From IMG/VR virus record IMGVR_UViG_3300025598_000063: a stretch of DNA of 45,141 nucleotides. One strand, written 5' to 3'. A program made the position numbers and the translations under genes. This DNA is from a virus. Positions 1 through 7,389 of this stretch are shown piece by piece (position 1 is the first letter of the stretch; every line of letters begins with the position of its first letter). The notes beneath the pieces are model-generated. The model saw nothing but the letters and a program-made list of their open reading frames with translations. It was not told where the DNA came from and did no database searches.

Positions 1-127
1 AACAAATACACCTGTTCGTCTTTCTCTTTGTGGTCAGGACGGTAGTTATAGCCCGGCAGTCTCCACATTGAATGCCATACCATCGCAATCGCACCGCCTT
101 TCTCGGCAATCAATTCATGGATGACTG
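1..127. repeat. Terminal direct repeat, copy 1 of 2 (identical to 45015..45141); circular-assembly overlap
   Basis: aacaaatacacctgttcg...caattcatggatgactg is present at both window ends, 127/127 identical by eye. An ORF is continuous across the join. Confidence 0.9.
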
Positions 128-668
128 TGGATAACTTGTGCTCTTGATCGTGAATCACATTGCTTACCAAGATAGGCAATGCAACCAACGCCTTTTTGAT
201 TCGAGTGCGCTCTTCGATCTTATCCACGGCTTGGCTACCACCGGGAGGAATACTGGTTGCCCAACCTTGAAAGTTTCGCAAAGTATCGTTGATCGCTGTC
301 TCGCGGTGTAATTGAATGATGTTCTGGCTTGCCAAAATACGTCGATCCAGTTCTTTTTTGAAAGCAGGAGCATATTTGTCTAATGTAGACTTATTGATAC
401 CTTTATGGCGTTTTAAAGCACCTTTTTGCGTAATTAACCGCTTATATGTGCCATTTAATGCAGATTTTGTGTCTTTTTCGAGCTTTATTGGGCTTTTTAC
501 CGTTTTTTCAGCGGATTCTTTCAGTATCTTCACCCATCTTTTTAGATCGGTTTCGCTCGTATAGCCTTGTTCTTGATAGTGATTGATTGCCAACATGAGT
601 AAGGCAAGAAACAATAATTCGTCTTTCTTGTCCTTCTTCTTTTCGTCAATCTTCTTTTGATCAATCAT
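1..668 (-). CDS. Head morphogenesis / minor capsid protein (Mu gpF / SPP1 gp7-like), 5' part; continues across the circular junction into 45014..44834 (282 aa in total)
   Basis: ATG at 668..666 overlaps the portal stop (ATGA). Hand translation of this frame is open down to base 1 and is the same frame as ORF 44834..45127. It lies directly after the portal gene. Confidence 0.7.
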   Translation of the reverse strand, partial: MIDQKKIDEKKKDKKDELLFLALLMLAINHYQEQGYTSETDLKRWVKILKESAEKTVKSPIKLEKDTKSALNGTYKRLITQKGALKRHKGINKSTLDKYAPAFKKELDRRILASQNIIQLHRETAINDTLRNFQGWATSIPPGGSQAVDKIEERTRIKKALVALPILVSNVIHDQEHKLSTVIHELIAEKGGAIAMVWHSMWRLPGYNYRPDHKEKDEQVYL

Positions 669-2071
669 CGGGCTGCGGGTAACTTCGATTCGGCTTCATC
701 CGGCGGCACATAAGTCTGCATGGATTCAATATCCAATTCCATGTCTTGCGCAAACATTGTACCCATCTCATTCAAGTTATCTTGCGCCCACTGGAACATC
801 CGCGCACGATTCTCAGGATCAGCAATCGGCAGTAGAGTACGCAAAATCTCGGTCATGCCCTTCAACTTAATCTCATCCACTTTCACTGCATCGCTGGCTT
901 TCTCTTCATTCAAATCAGGCCAGACAAAAGACATTCCGTTAAACCAATCATAGAATGCTGCTTCGTAAGACATTGATCCATACGATTCAGGATACTCGTT
1001 CTGACAGGCATCAAAGAATTCCCGCGTCCATGCACGGTGCGCCACGACTTTATTGAGCTTCTCATACAGCGGTTCCATCTGCTTACGGATATCACTGATA
1101 TAGCGCATCAGTTCAGCGGCATCTTCGGTTCCTTCAGCCATCCCGGTAGACATGGTTTCTTGCGTCAAATACCGTGCGGGCATATCCACCGCAGCAGCGA
1201 TGTCCTCCAGAATGTTACGTCTACTGGCGGTCAACGCTTCATTGACGTTATTCAAGTCAATGGCTTCAATGTCTTCATCGGTATCAATCGACAGAATATT
1301 GTCCGTACCGCCTTGTTGCAGAATAGATCGTTTGTATCCGGTAGCCTTTGCCATCATGTTGCTGACAATGGAACCCGCTTGCTTGATCTTCGCCACAATC
1401 AACCCGGCTTTCCGCGCCACCATCGCATCGGTTTGCATCACCAACAAATAGGATCGCAGCGGATAAATCGCCCGCTGGTACACCGAGCGACCGTTGAAAC
1501 CAAAGCCCGCTGAGTTGAACGCCAAGTAAACCGGGAATTCATTCAACATCACCAATGAATTCGCTCTGGCATACGGCTGCCCCGCACCGGTAATCCCATC
1601 CGTCTTGCCTTGAAAGTCAATCGCATTGGGGTTCTGATTCAACACCATCGACCCCGCCAAGTTCAGCGCATCAAAGGTATGAATAAACAAATCTAAGTTC
1701 TGGTACTCCCACGGATCAATTGGCTTATCAGTGGGATGACCCCGCGCACCAATCACCATCGCTGCCACGCCATACACCCTTGATTGCGTCATGGTCGCAA
1801 AGATGTGGTTATCACACGCCAATGCCTTCCACTCGCGCTCAAATGCCTCGCGCAACATCACTTCCGGCCCACGGGCAAACTTAATCTCGCGCGACTTCGA
1901 CATCGCCAACTTCAATGGCCCGGCAGCAATCCGGTAGCCAAGCGGATGATATAAAAACACATCTTTGGCTAATTGATAGCCAGCATTGGTTCCCCATTCA
2001 ATCGTGTCTTGCTCCAACAACTGCTGAAGCTGATTATTGAGGCCCATATTGGAAAGGCTGACATAACTCAT
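665..2071 (-). CDS. Portal protein
   Basis: 468-aa ORF between terL and the MuF-like gene, tightly coupled on both sides. Size and position are typical of a portal; I could not verify a diagnostic motif by eye. Confidence 0.7.
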   Translation of the reverse strand: MSYVSLSNMGLNNQLQQLLEQDTIEWGTNAGYQLAKDVFLYHPLGYRIAAGPLKLAMSKSREIKFARGPEVMLREAFEREWKALACDNHIFATMTQSRVYGVAAMVIGARGHPTDKPIDPWEYQNLDLFIHTFDALNLAGSMVLNQNPNAIDFQGKTDGITGAGQPYARANSLVMLNEFPVYLAFNSAGFGFNGRSVYQRAIYPLRSYLLVMQTDAMVARKAGLIVAKIKQAGSIVSNMMAKATGYKRSILQQGGTDNILSIDTDEDIEAIDLNNVNEALTASRRNILEDIAAAVDMPARYLTQETMSTGMAEGTEDAAELMRYISDIRKQMEPLYEKLNKVVAHRAWTREFFDACQNEYPESYGSMSYEAAFYDWFNGMSFVWPDLNEEKASDAVKVDEIKLKGMTEILRTLLPIADPENRARMFQWAQDNLNEMGTMFAQDMELDIESMQTYVPPDEAESKLPAAR

Positions 2072-2072
2072 T

Positions 2073-3356
2073 TTATATTGCCCTGTTATCAGTTAAGGAT
2101 AATGCTACACCATAAGTAAAGGTGTCCAATAAGTCATCAGCACGTTTATATGCCTCTTTATCCCCAATTCTAAACGTAGTCACTTGCTGAAGGAAATGAT
2201 TCATCGTCCTGCCTTTCCACACAATCGTCTTTTCAAAGGCATGACGGCTGACCTTACAATCCCCCGCGTGAGCCGGGCCACCCGCTGCCATCGCTCGCTC
2301 GTCCTTACCCTTCGCCATCAACTTAGAATCAATCGCGTGAAAAGGCCATGCTCTCGCTTTCGCCCATTGCAGCAACACACTCCCACCCGCTGCATCTTCA
2401 ACAAACACACCTAAACTCCCATTCCGCGCAGATGTAGCCTTCGCCAATTCTTCGCACCGCTCTAATATCAACGGAGCCAAATACTCTAAACTGGCTGCCT
2501 CGATCGCAAACGCATCGTAGTCCAACACAACCAACTTATGCCCAAAGTGACGATTCACCGCAAAGTACATCACCGCTGTCGCGTCATTCTCACTACCACT
2601 CTTCACCGCACAGTCCATTACCGCAAAGACCGCATCACACTTCTCAGGGTAATCAACCGGCTGCTCGTCAACCAAGAAGTACTCCAACTTGAAGAACGTA
2701 CTATTTGACCAAGATATAAACTCAGCCAAAAACTCCTGCTGAAACACTAGCGGATGATTACTCTTCTCTTCTTTCGCCAACTCGTCCTGCGGCACATACG
2801 GATTCGATGCTGTCGGCGCATGGTGAAACTTGAACTCCAAATCGGGATCACGACATATTTGAAAAAAGAAATTTTCTTGATCCACGCCGTTTGGTGTTGA
2901 AAACATCCAAGCATGACCCTTGGTCGTCAACATCGTGGGCTTAATCGACTTCTTCCAAATATCCATCATCTGCGCATTTTTCGAGAACGCCATCTCATCA
3001 CCCAATACCAAGTGATATTCGCGTCCACGACCCGCCAATTCATTGTCGGTCAAATACCAGAAATCCAAATGCCCACCATTGATGGTGCGAATGATCCCGT
3101 CATTCTTACTGGAATTGCGCGTGACAGGCTTCAACATCGCCGCCAACTCTTCATACGGTTCAAATAACTGACGGTGCTCAGGTGCGAATATACCGACTTT
3201 GCGACCCTGTAAAGCATACTGCGCAGCCAATGTGACCAAGAACTTAGTCTTGCCCCATCGCCGTCCACAACACACCGCATTCAGTCTGCCACGGTTCTTC
3301 CACAGATTAGCCTGACCCCTGTGGAAAACCGGTGGATCAATCTGGATTGTCGTCAT
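2073..3356 (-). CDS. terL: Terminase large subunit
   Basis: 427 aa with a Walker A-like CCGRRWGKTKF near the N-terminus. The C-terminal half has nuclease-type acidic motifs (AVMDCAVKSGSENDATAV). It overlaps the terS end by 20 nt. Confidence 0.88.
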   Translation of the reverse strand: MTTIQIDPPVFHRGQANLWKNRGRLNAVCCGRRWGKTKFLVTLAAQYALQGRKVGIFAPEHRQLFEPYEELAAMLKPVTRNSSKNDGIIRTINGGHLDFWYLTDNELAGRGREYHLVLGDEMAFSKNAQMMDIWKKSIKPTMLTTKGHAWMFSTPNGVDQENFFFQICRDPDLEFKFHHAPTASNPYVPQDELAKEEKSNHPLVFQQEFLAEFISWSNSTFFKLEYFLVDEQPVDYPEKCDAVFAVMDCAVKSGSENDATAVMYFAVNRHFGHKLVVLDYDAFAIEAASLEYLAPLILERCEELAKATSARNGSLGVFVEDAAGGSVLLQWAKARAWPFHAIDSKLMAKGKDERAMAAGGPAHAGDCKVSRHAFEKTIVWKGRTMNHFLQQVTTFRIGDKEAYKRADDLLDTFTYGVALSLTDNRAI

Positions 3357-3714
3357 CTAGCGGCAGCGCACCCTTAACCTCAATCACCAACTTATTGTTC
3401 CCATCATCCGTTTCACGCCATCGCCCACGCGTCTTTAAAAAGAACATCGTGCTGGCAGGTATCTGCATGACCGTGGCTTGATGATACAAAGCGTTTGCCA
3501 CATTCATCACCGCGTTAATGTGACCGTCTTCCAAGTCATCCTTGTAATGCTTAACCAATGTCTCATGCGTAATTCCTAGCCTACGGGCAATGTGCTCATG
3601 CGTAATGCCAAAGGCAGACAAGTCACGGACGGTCTGCCGTGTTTGTTCAGTCGGCTTGTGTGAAGGCCGACCAGTTTTCTTTTTACCTTTAGAATCAACG
3701 GGTTGTGCGCTCAT
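3337..3714 (-). CDS. terS: Terminase small subunit (HTH type)
   Basis: 125 aa with a basic N-terminus and an HTH (FGITHEHIARRLGITHETLVKHY). It has an FFLKTRGRWRE motif as in many small terminases and is the first gene of the late block. Confidence 0.7.
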   Translation of the reverse strand: MSAQPVDSKGKKKTGRPSHKPTEQTRQTVRDLSAFGITHEHIARRLGITHETLVKHYKDDLEDGHINAVMNVANALYHQATVMQIPASTMFFLKTRGRWRETDDGNNKLVIEVKGALPLDDDNPD

Positions 3715-3766
3715 GTATCGGTTCCTTACAAAAACGTCAGGGATAAGATTTTTATAATTACGAAAA

Positions 3767-3775
3767 ACTATACCA
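3767..3775 (-). promoter_or_regulatory. Candidate extended -10 element of the late promoter (TGgTATAGT on minus strand)
   Basis: Lies about 50 nt upstream of the terS ATG in an AT-rich spacer downstream of two terminators. No convincing -35, so an activator may be needed. Confidence 0.3.
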
Positions 3776-3847
3776 GAAACCGCCTTTTCATATTTTTTTA
3801 TAAAAATTTTCAGCGTTTTTAAAAGGCGTTTTTAGAGAAAAGGGGGC

Positions 3848-3875
3848 AAAAAAAGCGCAGAGGATAGGGCTGCGC
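3848..3875 (-). terminator. Rho-independent terminator (minus strand)
   Basis: GCGCAG (3855-3860) pairs with CTGCGC (3870-3875) around a 9-nt loop. On the minus strand it is followed by a T7 run (plus-strand A-run 3848-3854). Confidence 0.6.
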
Positions 3876-3960
3876 GAATTGCGATGGTAGGGGGAGATCA
3901 GTACCTTTTTCATGCGATTACCCGCAGATTTTTGCGCGATTATTGGATTGATTGCACATG

Positions 3961-3990
3961 CGCCCCGCCCCGCTATTTTGCGGGCGGGCG
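3961..3990. other. GC-rich imperfect hairpin (cgccccgccccgc tatttt gcgggcgggcg) in the spacer upstream of terS
   Basis: Read directly. Almost pure G/C arms in an otherwise roughly 45% GC genome, with no U-run on either strand. Confidence 0.5.
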
Positions 3991-4006
3991 AGCGAATCGA
4001 CTAGGC

Positions 4007-4032
4007 AAAAAAAAGCCCGATCGGTGTCGGGC
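4007..4032 (-). terminator. Rho-independent terminator ending the leftward early/middle arm
   Basis: GCCCGA (4015-4020) pairs with TCGGGC (4027-4032) around a 6-nt loop. A T8 run follows on the minus strand (plus A-run 4007-4014), 44 nt after the stop of the 66-aa gene. Confidence 0.8.
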
Positions 4033-4075
4033 TTGTAATGGATAAAAAATAGCGAGCGTGGGGGGCGATGGCTGT

Positions 4076-4276
4076 TCACTCGCTCAATCTTGCTGTTTCG
4101 TTTTTCTCTAATATTGCTTCTAATATCCATTCTCGATACTGTTCCTCAGTGGTCCCCCATTTTGCAAGGTTTTGATGATTGACTGGTCGGTTTAATGCTT
4201 CCCTCAAATCTTCTACGCTTTGCAATTTGTAACAGGCCTTGATGTACGTATATAGGTCGATTTTCATTTTTACCAT
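4076..4276 (-). CDS. Hypothetical protein (66 aa; start may be the internal MKIDLY)
   Basis: ORF track. Last gene before terminator 4007-4032; its start overlaps the upstream stop. Confidence 0.55.
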   Translation of the reverse strand: MVKMKIDLYTYIKACYKLQSVEDLREALNRPVNHQNLAKWGTTEEQYREWILEAILEKNETARLSE

Positions 4277-4554
4277 CCCAATCTTTTCGACAATTCATGC
4301 GATAACTGTTTATTTAATTCAAGCCGTTTCAATTGATCCTGAACCCACTTGTTTGCAATGTTTGCCGCTGGTGTATCCCATCCGAACATACTTGCTTCGG
4401 CTATGCTTTCGGCTATTTCTTCATCCTTGCAAGAAAATGTATAACCGGCTGGTGCAATGAAATATCCCGTTTCGCCATATTGAACAACAATATGTTTTGA
4501 GATAATACAATTTTGAATTGCTTTTGGTGTAGGGATTCTAATATAGGTTTTCAT
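4270..4554 (-). CDS. Hypothetical protein (94 aa)
   Basis: ORF track; ATGA overlap with the upstream 63-aa gene. Confidence 0.6.
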   Translation of the reverse strand: MKTYIRIPTPKAIQNCIISKHIVVQYGETGYFIAPAGYTFSCKDEEIAESIAEASMFGWDTPAANIANKWVQDQLKRLELNKQLSHELSKRLGW

Positions 4555-4742
4555 TGTTGCATCCCTCTTAAATAGAATTCGTCAATCCAATCCTTAACAA
4601 TCAATTTAATTTCACTGATTGAGTACCCGCTAAAACGATTGCGATAACTGGCTGCATCGTCATAATGATAGGCCTGTACGTTTACAGTCTCTAAACCAGT
4701 TTCGATTGTGTAGAAAAAATCTCGATAATTAAAGGTTTTCAT
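4551..4742 (-). CDS. Hypothetical protein (63 aa)
   Basis: ORF track; TAATG overlap with the stop of the clamp-like gene. Confidence 0.55.
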   Translation of the reverse strand: MKTFNYRDFFYTIETGLETVNVQAYHYDDAASYRNRFSGYSISEIKLIVKDWIDEFYLRGMQQ

Positions 4743-5398
4743 TATGCTGCCTCCTTTTCGAGCACTGGCAAGATCACGGGCGGTTGATCAAAAAACCGCT
4801 TGCATCCTTCATAAGCTGGTACAACACTAGAGCGAATCGGCATGATCACGCCTACAAAGTTTGAAATATTTGAGATTGTAATGGCCCCTGCACTGTCCCC
4901 ATTTTGATGCAAGAAAACGTGGTGCGGTTTTTTATTAAACTCCTTTGCTACCTTGATAAATCGCGCCAATAACTCAGGATCATAATTTCCTACCGTGTTA
5001 CTTACTTCCTTCACAAGTACTCGCTGCCAGTCGGGAAAACGACCGTCTACCGTAGCGGATAGCATTTTAATATTGATGCTATTGATTTTGACTGATATAA
5101 CTTTTAAATGATCAATTGGCGTAAACTCAAACTCTACTAACTCATCCTTGATGCGGTGCGCGGGTTTAAGGTTTTTCACGGTATCGAGCGGCAAAATAAA
5201 ATCATAATGCTGATCGTCATCAATCTCGTTATTTTGATCGTTTTTATATACCCCCAGGACATGACCATCGGTGGCCACGATGGTTGTTTGGGTAGCATTA
5301 GCGCGTATATATACGCCGTTCAGGTAATAACGGATATCCTTAGTCGCTGCAAGGTTTGCAATGGCTTTAATTGCGTTCATGTGTGCGTAGATTTTCAT
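4742..5398 (-). CDS. DNA polymerase III beta sliding-clamp (DnaN) homologue lacking domain I (218 aa)
   Basis: Motifs match E. coli DnaN as I remember it: VATDGHVLG vs VATDGHRLA, VDGRFPDWQRVL vs VDGRFPDYRRVL, and C-terminal VGVIMPIRS vs YVVMPMRL. The length corresponds to domains II-III only. Confidence 0.72.
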   Translation of the reverse strand: MKIYAHMNAIKAIANLAATKDIRYYLNGVYIRANATQTTIVATDGHVLGVYKNDQNNEIDDDQHYDFILPLDTVKNLKPAHRIKDELVEFEFTPIDHLKVISVKINSINIKMLSATVDGRFPDWQRVLVKEVSNTVGNYDPELLARFIKVAKEFNKKPHHVFLHQNGDSAGAITISNISNFVGVIMPIRSSVVPAYEGCKRFFDQPPVILPVLEKEAA

Positions 5399-5427
5399 AA
5401 TATTAGTATCCTTATTTAGTCGTAGAA

Positions 5428-5733
5428 TTAAGCGGCAATATCAAGCGGCAAAGCATGGTAGTGACTGGCAAGTAATTTTCTAGTTTGATCCCATTTGGCG
5501 GGTTTACGCTGTCCTGATTGTAGAATCGCGCTGATATGAAAACCGTCGAACGGTTGGAAATCGTTTTCCTCGATGATCATGTTTTTTACATGGTTTAAAT
5601 GATCGGATAATTGATTGACCGTTCCTGTGAAAATACCCCTGTGCAGATATTCCATTGGCAAAATAATAAACAAGTTATCATTTTGTTTTTTTGTTGATGG
5701 GTTTGCGATAATAATAAAATCGTATGCTTTCAT
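5428..5733 (-). CDS. Hypothetical protein (101 aa)
   Basis: ORF track. The RBS module TAAGGATACTAcgATTATGAAA is nearly the same as the one in front of 5398. Confidence 0.6.
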   Translation of the reverse strand: MKAYDFIIIANPSTKKQNDNLFIILPMEYLHRGIFTGTVNQLSDHLNHVKNMIIEENDFQPFDGFHISAILQSGQRKPAKWDQTRKLLASHYHALPLDIAA

Positions 5734-5763
5734 AATCGTAGTATCCTTAAAAAGTAGAATGAT

Positions 5764-5847
5764 TTAAAAACCTAAACTTAGCCAAAATAAAATTGAAATT
5801 GATAACAACAAACTAATAGCAACAAACCAATCAGAAAAGCTATTCAT
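5764..5847 (-). CDS. Possible 27-aa hydrophobic peptide (MNSFSDWFVAISLLLSISILFWLSLGF)
   Basis: Hand translation. The ATG overlaps the upstream stop (ATGA at 5844-5847) and the peptide has one predicted TM helix. It is below the ORF-track size cutoff. Confidence 0.35.
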   Translation of the reverse strand: MNSFSDWFVAISLLLSISILFWLSLGF

Positions 5848-6245
5848 GCCGCTACCTTTAAATCATTATTTGTTAAAACGTAAGGCTTATCCCATGCGCC
5901 AACATGGCATGAATAATAGTAGGCACAATTGAAATAATCCGTCATCGAATCGCTCTTATCAAACCAGTCCGCTGATTGCAATGCGTCTCTAATGGCTAAA
6001 AGAATATCTCTTGATGGGTTCTTATAATTGTTTTCTATATGGTAGTTGCATTGCAAGTAATAATCTCTTGCATAATTGGCCCATGCGGTACAGTCCCCAA
6101 AAAAATCAATGGGGCCTGAACGTAAAGTGCAAAGAATTTTAGAATGATGTTGTACGCTTAAACTGTACTTAATCCCTAGCGGTTTAAGTATCTTATCTAG
6201 GTTTGCTTTGATAACTGATTTTTTTTCTTGGTTCATGTAAGCCAT
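5844..6245 (-). CDS. Hypothetical protein (133 aa), first gene of the second leftward transcription unit
   Basis: ORF track. AAGAGGA RBS 7 nt upstream of the ATG, preceded by a 381-nt non-coding region. Confidence 0.65.
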   Translation of the reverse strand: MAYMNQEKKSVIKANLDKILKPLGIKYSLSVQHHSKILCTLRSGPIDFFGDCTAWANYARDYYLQCNYHIENNYKNPSRDILLAIRDALQSADWFDKSDSMTDYFNCAYYYSCHVGAWDKPYVLTNNDLKVAA

Positions 6246-6471
6246 TTTCTTAATCCTCTTAGTTTGCTTAAAAAGTTATCGGTTTGTTACTGCATCCGAT
6301 GAGTAATCTTCTCACAAGTTCTCACGTTATGCAATAGGATAAACCTTGCATCGGTGTAAGATTGTGGTATCCTGTCATACGTTGTCAGGTTCAGTCAGGA
6401 TCGACAATCATTCTATATATATGCCGATTTTTTTCCGCGCTAGGGTAGGGGATAACTGGCAATTCTAGGGG

Positions 6472-6500
6472 ATTTTATGATGAAAATTGCAAAATGCTAA
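6472..6500 (-). promoter_or_regulatory. Candidate sigma70 promoter (minus strand: TTAGCA - 17 nt - TAAAAT)
   Basis: Read from the reverse complement: -10 = 6472-6477, -35 = 6495-6500. It would give a leader of about 220 nt to the ATG at 6245. Confidence 0.35.
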
Positions 6501-6524
6501 CAAAATCAATGGTTTAGGGTGGCT

Positions 6525-6544
6525 TACTGTATAAATACCCAGTA
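6525..6544. promoter_or_regulatory. LexA/SOS-box-like palindrome TACTGTATAAATACCCAGTA
   Basis: Fits CTGT-N8-(A/C)CAG with the flanking TA..TA. The CCAG right arm is the same variant as the E. coli uvrB box as I recall it. It lies about 25 nt upstream of the candidate -35. Confidence 0.45.
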
Positions 6545-6552
6545 TTTTGGTT

Positions 6553-6589
6553 AGTGAGTGCTCACTGGGGCGGTATGTGAGTGCTTACT
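6553..6589. promoter_or_regulatory. Two operator-like 14-mers: AGTGAGTGCTCACT (perfect 6-2-6 palindrome, 6553-6566) and TGTGAGTGCTTACT (6576-6589)
   Basis: Read directly. The centres are 23 bp apart, in the non-coding region between rusA and the 133-aa gene. Confidence 0.45.
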
Positions 6590-6626
6590 AACATGATCCT
6601 GTGGTTTTTAACGTGTTTTTTGCCTT

Positions 6627-7151
6627 TTATTGCCCCTGCGGTTCCAGCGCGTCAATCTGTACTTCGATCCGAGGATGGTGGCTATACGCCTTCGTGACAA
6701 CCAAGTGGGTGACTGCGCTGTCATCCGCGAATGCGATACAGTTCAATGCGTCACCCACGATCTTCGCAATGTTGTCAGCATCCGGCTTCTTCGTGGCTTT
6801 CAATTGCCCCGTAATCGCCTCTTCCTTCTTCTTCTTCGACCACGATGCCGCTATCGGGAAATGCGCTTGAATGCGCATACTAATTGCACCCTCGATTGGC
6901 TTTGCACCATTCATTGCTTCTAATGCAATCATTTTAATTAAATTCTCATACAACACCGTTTTCTCAGGAGTGACGTGTTGAATAAAGTTTCCTTTCTTAT
7001 AACTCCGCGCTCTGCCTTTCGCTACGGGTTCACCCGGTACATCAAAATGAATTGAGCTAATGAGCTGAGTTGAGCTAACTGAGCTAAATTGAGCTGAAGG
7101 AATTGAGCTAAAATCGTCAGCTAAATCAGATTGAGCTAAAGGTTTTTTCAA
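6627..7151 (-). CDS. rusA: RusA-family Holliday junction resolvase with a ~40-aa Ser-rich N-terminal extension
   Basis: FDVPGEPVAKGRAR...KPDADNIAKIVGDALNCIAFADDS matches RusA catalytic-core motifs. TTG start at 7151 with a GGGAG RBS, overlapping the upstream stop (TTGA). Confidence 0.85.
   Translation of the reverse strand: MKKPLAQSDLADDFSSIPSAQFSSVSSTQLISSIHFDVPGEPVAKGRARSYKKGNFIQHVTPEKTVLYENLIKMIALEAMNGAKPIEGAISMRIQAHFPIAASWSKKKKEEAITGQLKATKKPDADNIAKIVGDALNCIAFADDSAVTHLVVTKAYSHHPRIEVQIDALEPQGQ
7052..7140. repeat. Eight iteron-like copies of (T)GAGCT(A/G)A inside the 5' end of rusA
   Basis: GAGCT begins at 7054, 7062, 7072, 7081, 7091, 7105 and 7133, with a degenerate CAGCT starting at 7118. 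Spacing is 8-14 bp. The repeats encode the low-complexity SSIPSAQFSSVSSTQLISS stretch. Confidence 0.8.
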
Positions 7152-7375
7152 TTGACACTCCCATCATCTAATTCAGCCATGTTTAGCTGAAGATTGATTT
7201 CACTTAATTTTAACTCATCAATTTTATTTAACTCAATCGCATCTTTAATCTTCTGCAACGATTGATGAGCTAAAACAATATCACCCAAAATGTCATCAAT
7301 ACGATTATTGAGCTTATCCAATTGCCGCTCAATCGCATCAATTCTTCCAATCACAATATCCGTTACGTTGTGCAT
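7148..7375 (-). CDS. Hypothetical coiled-coil protein (75 aa from ATG 7375; ORF track gives TTG 7393)
   Basis: GAGGG RBS 6 nt upstream of the ATG at 7375; heptad-like sequence IDAIERQLDKLNNRIDDILGDI. Confidence 0.6.
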   Translation of the reverse strand: MHNVTDIVIGRIDAIERQLDKLNNRIDDILGDIVLAHQSLQKIKDAIELNKIDELKLSEINLQLNMAELDDGSVN

Positions 7376-7389
7376 TTTTACCCTCGATG

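Noticed and set aside
3918-4130. 70-aa minus-strand ORF in the terS-upstream spacer
   Set aside because: It is composed of the terminator and GC-hairpin sequences, has no RBS, gives an Arg/Pro/Ser-rich nonsense-like translation, and overlaps the 66-aa gene.
6601-6923. Two plus-strand ORFs (89 and 97 aa) opposite rusA
   Set aside because: They are antisense to a well-supported RusA coding frame, with no RBS or promoter context and compositionally odd translations.
7052-7140. GAGCTA repeat array considered as a CRISPR array or minisatellite
   Set aside because: The units are only 7-8 bp with irregular 8-14 bp spacing and no spacer-like unique segments, and the array lies inside a coding region. 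It fits iterons or binding sites better.
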